Assembly (NCBI GenBank): GCA_049426725.1
Contig: JBMSYN010000004.1
Location: 64,014 to 128,013 of the forward strand
Reading direction: 5' to 3'
Origin: Candidatus Kapaibacteriota bacterium
Lineage (GTDB): Bacteria; Bacteroidota; Ignavibacteria; Kapaibacteriales; UBA961
DNA: 64,000 bases
The position numbers and the translations under genes were made by a program. The notes under the pieces were generated by a model. That model had not been told where the DNA came from. It saw nothing but the letters and a program-made list of their open reading frames with translations, and made no database searches. Shown here piece by piece: positions 19,325-29,192 of this stretch (position 1 is the stretch's first letter; each line of letters starts with the position of its first letter).

Positions 19325-20047
19325 TTATTCAGCTATGAAAATCTTTTTTCTTTCTTTTCTTGCGATGTCTCTCAGGACAGGACTTCGCTTTTTTAATACC
19401 GATACAATGTCAAAAAAACTATTCCAATTATGATGGATGATTCCATGTTGATTGCAATAAGCAGCTAAACTGCCTTTTGCGAATATCATATCTGCAACAT
19501 GTACAGGGCATGTATCAGAGAGTCCATCGCCGATATAGATGATCATGTCATCGGGATGACTGGATCTCAACACAATTTTTGTTTTGCATGATGCACAAAA
19601 ACATGCGCAGCGCTCATCGGCATTTGGAAAAGATGGAATCCATTTATCTGAATGCTCATCATGATTCAATACATTGCATTGCACGATAAGTGAATCTGCT
19701 CCACATCTTTGTAATATGGGTTGAATATACTTGTCGAAACCATCGCTGACAATCATGCATTCCCAATTCTTGCTTCGCACAAATTCCAAAAACTGAGAAA
19801 AATATGCATCGACTTCACAAGCTTGACAAAACAATTGCAATGCTTCATTCGAAATGATGTTCAGTGTTGAGCAGATGCGCTTATAATATTCGCTAACCGA
19901 ATATTCCCCTTTCATCAATCCATCATGCAGAACATTGAATTGTCCGAATGTTCGGAAAAATTCATCACCGGAATCTTTTCTTGTGATTGTGCCATCAAAA
20001 TCGCAAAAGATGCGAGTGACCGGTTTGATCACTTCATTCTGTATCAT
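19325..20047 (-). CDS. HAD-superfamily subfamily IB phosphatase (MtnX/phosphoserine-phosphatase-like) with a C-terminal cysteine cluster
   Basis: HAD motif I FCDFDGTIT and motif IV IGDGLSDTC. The unusual CACFCASCK cluster is present. The start ATG at 20047 overlaps the stop of the upstream gene. Confidence 0.75.
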   Translation of the reverse strand: MIQNEVIKPVTRIFCDFDGTITRKDSGDEFFRTFGQFNVLHDGLMKGEYSVSEYYKRICSTLNIISNEALQLFCQACEVDAYFSQFLEFVRSKNWECMIVSDGFDKYIQPILQRCGADSLIVQCNVLNHDEHSDKWIPSFPNADERCACFCASCKTKIVLRSSHPDDMIIYIGDGLSDTCPVHVADMIFAKGSLAAYCNQHGIIHHNWNSFFDIVSVLKKRSPVLRDIARKERKKIFIAE

Positions 20048-20892
20048 GCAAACCCTGAAGCATAGGTATAGAATCCCTTGCCACCGGCTTTGCCAATCCA
20101 GCGTGCCCTTACATATTGTCTGAACAAAATGCATGGACGATATCGCTCTTGTCTGTATTCAGCATAAAGAGCATCCAACATTGAAAGCACGGTGTCCAAT
20201 CCGATGGTATCTGCCCATTCAAGCAATCCATGAGGATAATTCACGCCCGTTTTCATTGCGGCATCAATATCTTCCTTTGTTGCTATCTGTTCCAACACGG
20301 CAAATGCCGCTTCATTCATGAGTGTTGCAAGAATGCGAGGTATTACCAAGCCCACTCTATCTTCTACAATCTCGCATGTATATCCCATGGCATTCATCAG
20401 CATTTCAATGGACTTGAGTGCATGCTCGGATACATTCAATCCTTTTGCCAATTCAATCACTGATGCTGTTCCTGTATGGCCGGGAAGGAATCCGAATCCA
20501 ATGACTGGATGAGAATCTTGGATATAATGCATTATTTCTGTTGCAGTGCATGCCAAAGTAGAGCAAAGAATGATGGCAGATGGAAATTCTTCCAATACTT
20601 CATGAATCAATGGTACTTTTAATTCCGCAGCCAATGGCTGACAATCCATAATGATGTCCGGAGGAATGATCACATCAGAAACATTCGTCACAATCATTGA
20701 AGAGAATGGAATCAAATGCGGAGGTAAAGCAGGTGCATCCCCATAAGCAAAAAGATGAGCATCATCCAAAGAGAGATAAATATTGAATGGAATTTCATGA
20801 TCTCTCAATCGAATCGCCATTTCTGCGGTATGACGAGATCCTCCTATGAGAAGAATGGAAGTTCTTTTGTCTTCCAATGTATAGATTGCCAT
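20044..20892 (-). CDS. 3-hydroxyacyl-CoA dehydrogenase family protein with degenerate NAD-binding and catalytic motifs
   Basis: The C-terminal 3HCDH domain is well conserved (VEDRVGLVIPRIL..EDIDAAMKTGVNYPHGLLEWADTIGLDTVL..RYRPCILFRQYV..GKGFYTY). The N-terminal GxGxxG is replaced by IGGSRHT, and the catalytic HFFNP region reads GFGFLPG. The start is the first ATG, at 20892. Confidence 0.7.
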   Translation of the reverse strand: MAIYTLEDKRTSILLIGGSRHTAEMAIRLRDHEIPFNIYLSLDDAHLFAYGDAPALPPHLIPFSSMIVTNVSDVIIPPDIIMDCQPLAAELKVPLIHEVLEEFPSAIILCSTLACTATEIMHYIQDSHPVIGFGFLPGHTGTASVIELAKGLNVSEHALKSIEMLMNAMGYTCEIVEDRVGLVIPRILATLMNEAAFAVLEQIATKEDIDAAMKTGVNYPHGLLEWADTIGLDTVLSMLDALYAEYRQERYRPCILFRQYVRARWIGKAGGKGFYTYASGFA

Positions 20893-20994
20893 ATTAATCA
20901 CAAATCTTGGGGGAAAGTATGGGCAAAATACGGTAATTTTGACCGCCTTCCAAAGTGAAGGCAATGAGATTATTCACATAGCTCGGACTTTTGC

Positions 20995-21864
20995 ATGAGC
21001 ACTCTTGCAAAGCGCATAATCATGGGTTTGATCGGCATTCCCATCATGATTTGGATGGTGATTCTTGGATCTCCGTATTTCACTGTTTTCTTTGGAATCG
21101 TTGCTGTATTGGCTTTGAGAGAATTATACCTTTTGCTTGATGCAAAGGGATTTTCTCCGCATCCTTTCATTGGCTTGATAACCGGATTCTCCTGGATGAT
21201 ACTCCTTGATGTACAAGGTGAGCATGCCGGATATTTATTACTCCTGATTCTTTCTTTGGCAGGGCTGGCTACATTGTCGCTTGAATTGGCTAATTCCTAT
21301 CAAGAGCGACATGCACCACCAGCAGGAGCGGTTGTCTCGACTTTGGGTGGAATTCTTTATGTGCCCGTCATGCTTTCCAATGTGATTGTTTTGAGAACAT
21401 TCGAACCAAAGGGAAATTTGACTCCATTTTTTGTGAATATGAGTATTGAACCCGGTGCTGCACTTGTGATTATTTTGTTTTTGGGTGTTTGGGCGGGTGA
21501 TACTTTTGCTTATTTCGGTGGAATGGCATTTGGAAAAACCCCGCTCATGCCGCATATCAGTCCGAAAAAAACCGTTGAGGGAGCAATCATTGGCGTGATT
21601 GGCACAATATTGTGCATGCTTGCCGGAACATATTTTCTCATGCCCTCATTTCCTTTGTGGATCATGGTGATTGGTTCAATATCGCTCGCCTTTTTTGCGC
21701 CAATTGGTGATTTGGTGGAGTCAATGATCAAAAGAGATGCACATGTAAAGGATAGCTCGGAATTGATACCGGGTCATGGTGGTGCATTCGACAGATTCGA
21801 CAGCATGTTATTTGCTGCACCCATCTTTAATGGGTTCATCTATGTGCTTTCAATGTGGTTGTGA
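20995..21864 (+). CDS. cdsA: Phosphatidate cytidylyltransferase (CDP-diglyceride synthase)
   Basis: Multi-TM protein carrying the CdsA signature GGMAFGKTPLMPHISPKKTVEGAIIGVIG..GGAFDRFDS. Confidence 0.9.
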   Translation: MSTLAKRIIMGLIGIPIMIWMVILGSPYFTVFFGIVAVLALRELYLLLDAKGFSPHPFIGLITGFSWMILLDVQGEHAGYLLLLILSLAGLATLSLELANSYQERHAPPAGAVVSTLGGILYVPVMLSNVIVLRTFEPKGNLTPFFVNMSIEPGAALVIILFLGVWAGDTFAYFGGMAFGKTPLMPHISPKKTVEGAIIGVIGTILCMLAGTYFLMPSFPLWIMVIGSISLAFFAPIGDLVESMIKRDAHVKDSSELIPGHGGAFDRFDSMLFAAPIFNGFIYVLSMWL

Positions 21865-22650
21865 TTAACTGCTAGCTCCATCATAGCTCTTCAATGACAA
21901 TGAAAAGAATTTCACTGCGCAGAAAACCGTTATTGATGTGATGCATATCATGATCAGAAATGTTTCCAATGAAGCCTCTGAAAAGAGCAGAGAAGCTGGT
22001 ACAGAAGCGATTATAGAAAGGGGAAAAATCGTAATGAATATTTTTCTGAACAAATTGCTATATATTCCATCGGGTCGCATGGAGATTTGATAGAGTGCAT
22101 AAAAAATACTTTGCACACCCGAAGCATTCACAAAGTAGAATGACATGCTTCCAACGATGGCTTCAAATGAAAAAAGCACCAATGATCCACATAAAATTCC
22201 AATAATCCAGCCAATCCATTGCATCACATGAATTGATTGATCATGTATCGATAAACCGATACCGAATATGATGAAGCTCACTGCAACGTTCACAAGTGAT
22301 GCCGTATTTACAAAACGGAAATAACTCAAGAATAAAGGAGAGACAGGCTTGAGTAAAAAGAAATCAAATTCCCCGGTGTTCACATAACGAGGGAAATGCC
22401 AGAAATTTGAAGCAATCAAAGTCATGTTCAGTGAATCAACAATGAAGAGAGTCCCCAAAAACAAATACGCTTCACTTTTTCCCAAACCGGCAAAAACAGG
22501 TGTGTACAAGAACATTATTTCAAAAAAACCGATTTGAACTGCACACCATACAATGTCCACAAGCACATGCAAAACAAAATGCAAGCGATATTCCATGTCA
22601 CGGGAAAGACAATTCTTGAAGAGGGTAATCCATAATCGAAAGAGATGCAT
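21865..22650 (-). CDS. ABC-2 family transporter permease-like membrane protein with six TM helices, with no ATPase gene adjacent
   Basis: Hydrophobic six-helix architecture and length typical of the ABC-2 membrane family. The start lies 1 nt after the stop of the upstream exonuclease gene. Confidence 0.55.
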   Translation of the reverse strand: MHLFRLWITLFKNCLSRDMEYRLHFVLHVLVDIVWCAVQIGFFEIMFLYTPVFAGLGKSEAYLFLGTLFIVDSLNMTLIASNFWHFPRYVNTGEFDFFLLKPVSPLFLSYFRFVNTASLVNVAVSFIIFGIGLSIHDQSIHVMQWIGWIIGILCGSLVLFSFEAIVGSMSFYFVNASGVQSIFYALYQISMRPDGIYSNLFRKIFITIFPLSIIASVPASLLFSEASLETFLIMICITSITVFCAVKFFSLSLKSYDGASS

Positions 22651-22651
22651 A

Positions 22652-23395
22652 TCAGCGTATGTCCGGAATAAAATCCTTCATTGCCAAATACAATTCCCAT
22701 GTTGCTTTGATGTCACGCAAACAATATTCGGAAATGACATCAAATTTCTTCTCGGCATATAACTCGCCAACTTTGGAACCATCGACACCGGCTTCTTTTG
22801 GTGATTGTACGCCAAATGATTTTGCCACGAAATCAAAATTATATCTGCGCGTGGCACCGGATTGTTGTGGATTGAAAAAACATAATTCATCAAGCAAATC
22901 AGTATGACTATCTCTGTAATTCCACCTTGTGCCTTGCATTAAATTCATCAAAGGTTTCACTTTGAGCAATGCCGAACGGAGCATCACGAATGGTGCATCA
23001 AATCCTCGTCCATTGAATGTGATCAAATGCGGTGAAGGATATGAAGTGAGCATTTTCCAAAAATGTTCAAGCAGTTTTGCTTCCGAGCACAAGAACATTT
23101 TATGTCCGGAGGGTAAATCCACTGTCTTTGAATCCTCATCAGAAAATTCTGGGTCAACCATGAATGCACCTGCTTTAAGTTCAGTCCATTCATCCCCATG
23201 TTTTTGCATGACTTTTATCCCCAGACAAATGATTTGGCCTGTAAGTGGAGAAAGAGCCATTTCATTGATTTTTTTCTCCTTGGCTTCATCAGTTGCAGCG
23301 CCTCTCAGCACATATTCTTGTCTTGATTCATCGAAGGAATCAAGTGATAATCCAGCTGTTTCGATGTCATAAATGATATAGGTTTTCCCGCTCAT
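22652..23395 (-). CDS. Predicted 3'-5' exonuclease with an RNase-H-like fold, related to the PolB exonuclease domain (COG3298-like)
   Basis: Exo I motif YIIYDIETAGL with conserved acidic residues downstream. The size, about 250 aa, fits the family. Confidence 0.7.
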   Translation of the reverse strand: MSGKTYIIYDIETAGLSLDSFDESRQEYVLRGAATDEAKEKKINEMALSPLTGQIICLGIKVMQKHGDEWTELKAGAFMVDPEFSDEDSKTVDLPSGHKMFLCSEAKLLEHFWKMLTSYPSPHLITFNGRGFDAPFVMLRSALLKVKPLMNLMQGTRWNYRDSHTDLLDELCFFNPQQSGATRRYNFDFVAKSFGVQSPKEAGVDGSKVGELYAEKKFDVISEYCLRDIKATWELYLAMKDFIPDIR

Positions 23396-23541
23396 GGAAT
23401 TCTCCAAAAATTGATGTGCAAAGATACACAAATTGAAAGACCCTTTTAACCGTGTATTTGCTTCAATTTAACCTGGTACACACTCAAGTCACAATCTGTC
23501 GATTCCGTATATTGCAATGCAGCATTTTATGGTTATTCCTC

Positions 23542-25740
23542 ATGAGCGCAAGGCGAAGTCAATCCCGAAAAATTCAAGGAGATGATGATCAGCAAATCTC
23601 CATGGAATTCGTGTTTCCACAGAACAGATTGAAAATCATGTTCGGGTTATTTCTTGGACTCTTCCTGCTTCTTCTTGTCCGAATTTTCTATGTGCAGGTA
23701 ATCAAAGCTGATGCCATCATGGCATTGTCGAAAGGACAACACATGGTGCCGGTCACATTGCAAGCAAAAAGAGGAGAGATTCTCGACAGAAATGGAAGGG
23801 TGATTGTTGCGAATGTGAAAGCCACTACCTATGCAATTGACATCACAAAAGTGAAAAATAAGCATGGCATCGCAACTGCATTGTTTTTGGCGATTGGTGA
23901 ATCCATTGAATATTGGGAAAAGAAAATTGAACAGGGTAAAGGTCAGTATACTTTATTGGCTCGAGATGTTACTGCCCGACATCCCATGCTTGATACCATA
24001 AAAGATCCCGGATTTATAAGGCAACCAACATATAAGCGAAGTTATGTGTATGGTTCAGGAGCTGCGCAAGTGGTGGGCTTCACCGATACGGAAAAGCGGG
24101 GTTTGGCAGGCTTGGAATTGATGCTGGATTCACTTCTTCGTGGTGTTGATGGGAAAACATATATGCGAAGAGATGCTGTGGGGAATCTCTACTATTCTCA
24201 TGAAATACCTGTTTTGGAACCCACTGATGGTCATTCCACCATGCTAACTTTAGATATCGAATTACAGAGAATGGCTGAGTATGAATTGTCTGAAGGTATT
24301 CGCACCTCTCAAGCTGAAGGTGGAACAGTGATTGCATTGGAGCCTGGAACGGGAGAAGTGCTTGCCATGGCTTCCTGGCCTACTTTTGACCCACATGACA
24401 GAAAATCCGCAATGCCTGATGCCATTCGCTTGCGTGGAATAACAGATATGTATGAACCTGGTTCCACATTTAAGTTGGTGACTGCTTGCGCTGCTTTGGA
24501 GGAAGGAATAATCAAGCCGGAAAGCATGGTCAATGGAAATAATGGAACGCTCAAAGTTGGTGATTATGAAATCAAAGATTCTCATCCAATTGGCAAAGTA
24601 CGATTTACGGAAGCATTAGAGCAGTCAAGCAATATTGTATTCGCAAAACTCTCGGATAAAATCGATGATTTCAAGTTTTATAAATATGCTCGCGATTTTG
24701 GTTTTGGAATAATTCTTGGAATCGACTTCCCTGGCGAAGTTGCCGGAACGATGAAAAGACCAAAGCAATTTAATGCAACCACAAAAAAATTCATGGCTTA
24801 TGGCTATGAATTGGGTGCAACAGCACTACAAATGGTGAATGCATATTCAACAATTGCTAATGCCGGGGTGATGATGCGTCCATTCATCGTGAAGAAAATC
24901 ATGAATTCCGGACAACAAATATTGTCGGAAACAAAGGTGCAAAGAATTCGTACGGTGCTCTCCGAAAAAACAGCGAAGACAATGTCATCCATGTTGACAA
25001 GAGTCGTGGAATTCGGCACGGGAAAAGAAGCGCAAATCTCCGGGCTACGAATAGCCGGAAAAACAGGTACCGCACAACAACTTGTTAATGGACAATATTC
25101 AAAACAGGACTATACGGCTTCATTCGTGGGATTTTTTCCAGCCGAAGCCCCGAAAGTTGCAATGATTGTAATGCTGCACAAACCCAAAGCGTCAATTTAT
25201 GGTGGAACAACATCTGCTCCGATTTTTAAAAAAATTGCTCAAAAATGGATTACAGCATCGAGAATTCCAGTGACGAATGTTGAAGAAAGCAATGAACAAG
25301 TCAGAAAGCGTGTTCAAGATTCTTCCATTGTTCCGGACTTACGAGGTTTGACGTATGCGAATGCAAAGGAGTTATTGCATGATGTAGGATTGAGAATCAA
25401 GGGTTCGGAAAATGGCACAGTGATTAGTCAGTCAAAAAAGCCTGGAATATGGCTGGAAAAAGGAAAGATTGTTGATGTTCACACAAATGTCTCTGCAACA
25501 CCCGTGCAACAATCAAAGTCCTTTGCTTTTGACAATAATCATTCAATCAAACCGGAACAACAGCATATCAAGAAGAATGTATTGAAGCCAATGCCAGATG
25601 TTCGCGGCATGAGTGTTCGTCGTGCCCTGGCGGTTTTGCATTCCTCGGGATATAAAGCTCGATTGGTGGGCAAGGGGAAAGTGATTTCTCAGGTGAGATC
25701 AAAAGTCGATGCAAAAGAATGCGTGCTTCTAGCAAGATGA
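23542..25740 (+). CDS. ftsI: Class B penicillin-binding protein (FtsI/PBP2B-type transpeptidase) with two C-terminal PASTA domains
   Basis: N-terminal TM helix. Transpeptidase motifs STFK (GSTFKLVT), SSN (EQSSNIVF) and KTGT (AGKTGTAQ). Two PASTA repeats follow (VPDLRGLTYANAKELL..GLRIKGS and MPDVRGMSVRRALAVL..GYKARLVGKG). The start is chosen at the MSARRS ATG and is uncertain. Confidence 0.85.
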   Translation: MSARRSQSRKIQGDDDQQISMEFVFPQNRLKIMFGLFLGLFLLLLVRIFYVQVIKADAIMALSKGQHMVPVTLQAKRGEILDRNGRVIVANVKATTYAIDITKVKNKHGIATALFLAIGESIEYWEKKIEQGKGQYTLLARDVTARHPMLDTIKDPGFIRQPTYKRSYVYGSGAAQVVGFTDTEKRGLAGLELMLDSLLRGVDGKTYMRRDAVGNLYYSHEIPVLEPTDGHSTMLTLDIELQRMAEYELSEGIRTSQAEGGTVIALEPGTGEVLAMASWPTFDPHDRKSAMPDAIRLRGITDMYEPGSTFKLVTACAALEEGIIKPESMVNGNNGTLKVGDYEIKDSHPIGKVRFTEALEQSSNIVFAKLSDKIDDFKFYKYARDFGFGIILGIDFPGEVAGTMKRPKQFNATTKKFMAYGYELGATALQMVNAYSTIANAGVMMRPFIVKKIMNSGQQILSETKVQRIRTVLSEKTAKTMSSMLTRVVEFGTGKEAQISGLRIAGKTGTAQQLVNGQYSKQDYTASFVGFFPAEAPKVAMIVMLHKPKASIYGGTTSAPIFKKIAQKWITASRIPVTNVEESNEQVRKRVQDSSIVPDLRGLTYANAKELLHDVGLRIKGSENGTVISQSKKPGIWLEKGKIVDVHTNVSATPVQQSKSFAFDNNHSIKPEQQHIKKNVLKPMPDVRGMSVRRALAVLHSSGYKARLVGKGKVISQVRSKVDAKECVLLAR

Positions 25741-26670
25741 TCATCCGCGAGGATGATAGGTTTTGTGAACCTGCCTTATGAATTCTCGGTCGATATGCGT
25801 ATAAATCTGCGTTGTGCTTATGTCTGAATGACCAAGCATTTCTTGCAATGCTCGCAAATCTGCTCCGCCCTCCAATAAATGCGTTGCGAAGGAATGTCTG
25901 AATGTATGCGGATGGACATGTTTTTCAATGCCGGCTTGTTTTGTTGCTTCACTGACGATTGACCACACGCTCATGCGAGAAATCCCAGTCCCTCTTTGAT
26001 TCAAGAAAACAATATCATCAGTAGCCTTACCCACTTTCATGAAATGCGGTCTTACTTCTTCTTGATATTGTCCAACCCAATCCAGCGCAGAAGAACCAAT
26101 GGGAACGATTCTCTCTTTCGACCCTTTCCCAAAAACGCGAATCACTTCTTGCTCCAAAAGCATGTCTCTTTGCTTTAAACCACATAATTCCGATACTCGA
26201 AGACCGCAAGCATAGAGCAATTCGAGAATCGCTCGATTTCTTATTCCCGGAAGTGTTGAGGTGTCGGGTTGTTCTAAAATCGACAGCATTTCATCTATCG
26301 ATAAAGTATCGGGTAATGTTCTTCTTGATTTCGGTAATTCCGCCTTTTCTGTGATATCGGTATCGATGGACTTATTGGTGAAGAGAAAAGAAAAGAAGCC
26401 GCGAAGTGATGAGAGGGTACGGGTTCTTGATGAAAGGGCAAGACCCAATTCCTCGAGCATCATCAGAAATGAATTCACGGTGGAAATTTGAATCTCATCG
26501 AAGCGAACTATGCCTTGTGAATGAGCATGGAGAACAAAACGCTCTATGTCAAACATATATGCTGTAATTGTATTCTCACTCACCCCTTTTTCCAGAGCAA
26601 GAAATCTCTTATAGGATTGCAATTCCCTTTTTAATGAAAGGGGAAGGTCTGTGGATGAATCATCCATCAT
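25741..26670 (-). CDS. xerD: Tyrosine site-specific recombinase XerD
   Basis: Catalytic C-terminus HPHTFRHSFATHLLEGGADLRALQEMLGHSDISTTQIYTH. The N-terminal core-binding domain reads TITAYMFDIERF. Confidence 0.85.
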   Translation of the reverse strand: MMDDSSTDLPLSLKRELQSYKRFLALEKGVSENTITAYMFDIERFVLHAHSQGIVRFDEIQISTVNSFLMMLEELGLALSSRTRTLSSLRGFFSFLFTNKSIDTDITEKAELPKSRRTLPDTLSIDEMLSILEQPDTSTLPGIRNRAILELLYACGLRVSELCGLKQRDMLLEQEVIRVFGKGSKERIVPIGSSALDWVGQYQEEVRPHFMKVGKATDDIVFLNQRGTGISRMSVWSIVSEATKQAGIEKHVHPHTFRHSFATHLLEGGADLRALQEMLGHSDISTTQIYTHIDREFIRQVHKTYHPRG

Positions 26671-26677
26671 TCATGCA

Positions 26678-28141
26678 TCATGAAAAGTAATTTGGGGATG
26701 CTTTTGTGACAACCACATCATGTGGATGTGATTCTTTCAAACCGGCACCGGTGATTTTCACGAATTGTGCATTCTCTTGCAATGCGGGAATTGTTCCACA
26801 TCCACAATAACCCATCGAGGCGCGCAATCCGCCGGTCAATTGATAGATGGTATCGCTGGCATTTCCTTTGAAGGGCACACGACCTTCAATTCCTTCTGGT
26901 ACCAGTTTTGCAAGACCATCTTCCATGTCTTGAAAATAGCGATCTGCAGAGCCTTGTTGCATCGCCCCGAGTGAACCCATCCCTCGATACATTTTATATG
27001 CACGGCCTTCAAGTAGAATTTTTTCTCCGGGTGATTCCTCATGTCCGGCGAGCATACCGCCAATCATCACACAATCAGCACCTGCCGCAATCGCTTTTGC
27101 AACATCTCCGGTTTGCTTGATTCCACCATCTGCAATCACAGGCACTCCATGTTTATGAGCTTCGGATGCTGCCTCCATAATTGCAGTCAATTGCGGTACG
27201 CCAACACCGGCTATGATGCGCGTTGTACAAATGCTTCCCGGGCCAATTCCAACTTTTACTCCATCAGCTCCGGCTTCAATCAACGCTTTTGCAGCTTCGG
27301 CAGTACCAATATTTCCACCAATGATTTGAAGATCAGGAAATGCTGTTTTCACTGCTTTGATCATGTCCAATACACCACGAGAATGACCATGCGCGGTATC
27401 TATGATCACGATGTCAACTCCTGCTTGATGCAAAGCTTTGACTCTATCCATGGTTTCGGCAGCAATACCAACAGCAGCACCAACACGCAATCTGCCTAAT
27501 TCATCTTTGCAGGCATTGGGATATTTCTTCTTTTTTTGAATGTCTTTGAATGTGATCAATCCCTGTAATTGACCGTCAGCATCAACCACCGGCAATTTTT
27601 CAATGCGATGCTTTTCAAGTATTTGCTCGGCTTCTTCCAATGTTGTTCCCAAAGGCGCCGTAATAATGGTGTCTTTGGTCATGAGCTCGGCAATTTTTTG
27701 ATCACCCTTTGTTTTGAAACGTAAATCACGATTCGTCGCAATACCTATGAGCGCTCCTTGTTCGTCAATCACCGGAAATCCGGCAATCTTGTATTTAGCC
27801 ATAAGGGCAAGTGCATCTTGAGCGGTATTAGTTGCTTTTAATGTGATTGGATTGCGAATCATCCCGCTTTCAGAGCGTTTGACTTTGTCCACTTCATCTG
27901 CTTGAGCTTCAATGGACATATTTTTATGAATGATTCCGATTCCACCTTCTCTGGCAAGGGCAATTGCCATTTCCGATTCAGTGACGGTGTCCATTGCCGC
28001 TGAAACTATAGGAATATTCAGGGTTATATTCCGAGTGATCCTCGTTTTTAGCGAAGTTTCACGGGGTAAAACCTCTGAATAGCGGGGTACAAGCAGTACA
28101 TCATCAAAAGTGATGCCTTCGGAGATAATCTTTGGATTCAT
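26678..28141 (-). CDS. guaB: Inosine-5'-monophosphate dehydrogenase
   Basis: TIM-barrel IMPDH signature [16 protein letters not shown], an inserted CBS pair, and the catalytic loop [11 protein letters not shown]. Confidence 0.95.
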   Translation of the reverse strand: MNPKIISEGITFDDVLLVPRYSEVLPRETSLKTRITRNITLNIPIVSAAMDTVTESEMAIALAREGGIGIIHKNMSIEAQADEVDKVKRSESGMIRNPITLKATNTAQDALALMAKYKIAGFPVIDEQGALIGIATNRDLRFKTKGDQKIAELMTKDTIITAPLGTTLEEAEQILEKHRIEKLPVVDADGQLQGLITFKDIQKKKKYPNACKDELGRLRVGAAVGIAAETMDRVKALHQAGVDIVIIDTAHGHSRGVLDMIKAVKTAFPDLQIIGGNIGTAEAAKALIEAGADGVKVGIGPGSICTTRIIAGVGVPQLTAIMEAASEAHKHGVPVIADGGIKQTGDVAKAIAAGADCVMIGGMLAGHEESPGEKILLEGRAYKMYRGMGSLGAMQQGSADRYFQDMEDGLAKLVPEGIEGRVPFKGNASDTIYQLTGGLRASMGYCGCGTIPALQENAQFVKITGAGLKESHPHDVVVTKASPNYFS

Positions 28142-28311
28142 GAATCTTTAGAACCGGAAGGTGTGGAACATATAGAGCAAGAATCTGGCCTTCTAAACTC
28201 TATCCTCACGCAATTTACGGAATATCCCCTAATTTTGAGGTTTGGCTGTGAACGATTTCATGGAAAAAATCGTTAATACCTAACTTATGACAGCAAATCC
28301 AATGGCAAAAC

Positions 28312-28761
28312 ATGAATGAAATACAAGCTTTATATCAGCAAATGATCTTGGATCACAATAAGAATCCAAGAAATTTTGCTGAAATGCATGATCCCACGCA
28401 TAGTTCAGAAGGGCATAATCCTTTATGTGGTGATGAAGTGACGATTTATATGAATATTCAAGATGGAATCATTCAAGACATCTCATTTCAAGGTTCGGGC
28501 TGTGCCATTTCCACTTCATCGGCTTCCATCATGACTACAGTCTTGAAAGGGAAAACGATTCAAGAAGCGGAGAAATTTTTCAATCAATTTCATGGAATCG
28601 TTACCGCATCCATGGATACTACAATCAATACCGATGATTTGGGAAAACTTGCAGTCTTCACAGGTGTGAGAGAATTTCCTGCTCGGGTCAAATGTGCATC
28701 ACTTGCTTGGCATACCATGAATAATGCCATGCACGGAGATGGCAAGGCAAGCACTGAATAA
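28312..28761 (+). CDS. sufU: SUF-type Fe-S cluster assembly scaffold, NifU-N/SufU family
   Basis: N-terminus YQQMILDHNKNPRNF..GHNPLCGDEV, with the conserved Cys residues of SufU/IscU-like proteins (GSGCAIS, KCASLAW). Confidence 0.8.
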   Translation: MNEIQALYQQMILDHNKNPRNFAEMHDPTHSSEGHNPLCGDEVTIYMNIQDGIIQDISFQGSGCAISTSSASIMTTVLKGKTIQEAEKFFNQFHGIVTASMDTTINTDDLGKLAVFTGVREFPARVKCASLAWHTMNNAMHGDGKASTE

Positions 28762-28775
28762 TCAAAGAGAAATCA

Positions 28776-29162
28776 ATGAAAAAATTCATTCCACTTAAAC
28801 TCGATGATAGCGAAAATCATGAAAAGCCGAAGCCAAAGGATATACCTCCTGCTGATGCTCCTGTGATTGATCGTATCATTGCCAATATTCAAACAGTGTA
28901 TGACCCCGAAATTCCGGTCGACATTTTTGCATTGGGATTGATCTATTCCGTTCGATTCAATGAAGACACAAAAAAAGCCGAAGTGGTGATGACATTAACA
29001 TCGCCGGGATGCTTTGCCGCTGGCATGATACCGGGACAAGTTGAGCAAAAGGTATTGGAAGTCCCGGAAGTCGAGTCGGTTCATGTTGAGCTCACTTTTG
29101 ACCCACCATGGGATAAAACAATGATGAGTGAAGCAGCAAGATTGGAATTGGGTTTTTGGTAA
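28776..29162 (+). CDS. DUF59 (MIP18/SufT/PaaD-like) Fe-S assembly protein
   Basis: VYDPEIPVDIFALGLIY and the conserved TLTSPGC motif of the DUF59 family. Confidence 0.8.
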   Translation: MKKFIPLKLDDSENHEKPKPKDIPPADAPVIDRIIANIQTVYDPEIPVDIFALGLIYSVRFNEDTKKAEVVMTLTSPGCFAAGMIPGQVEQKVLEVPEVESVHVELTFDPPWDKTMMSEAARLELGFW

Positions 29163-29192
29163 AGACAACATTTATAATTTTTTGGATGATTC

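Noticed and set aside
25741-26670. Tyrosine recombinase as a possible integrase marking a mobile element
   Set aside because: It has XerD-type N- and C-terminal signatures, is flanked by housekeeping genes (PBP, guaB), and has no tRNA, direct repeats or phage/transposon genes nearby. It is most likely the chromosomal dimer-resolution XerD.
28142-28311. Possible purine riboswitch in the guaB leader
   Set aside because: The purine aptamer consensus (conserved UAUA..UGGG..CCGAAAG..ACUA elements) was looked for in the 170-nt divergent region on the guaB strand and not found.
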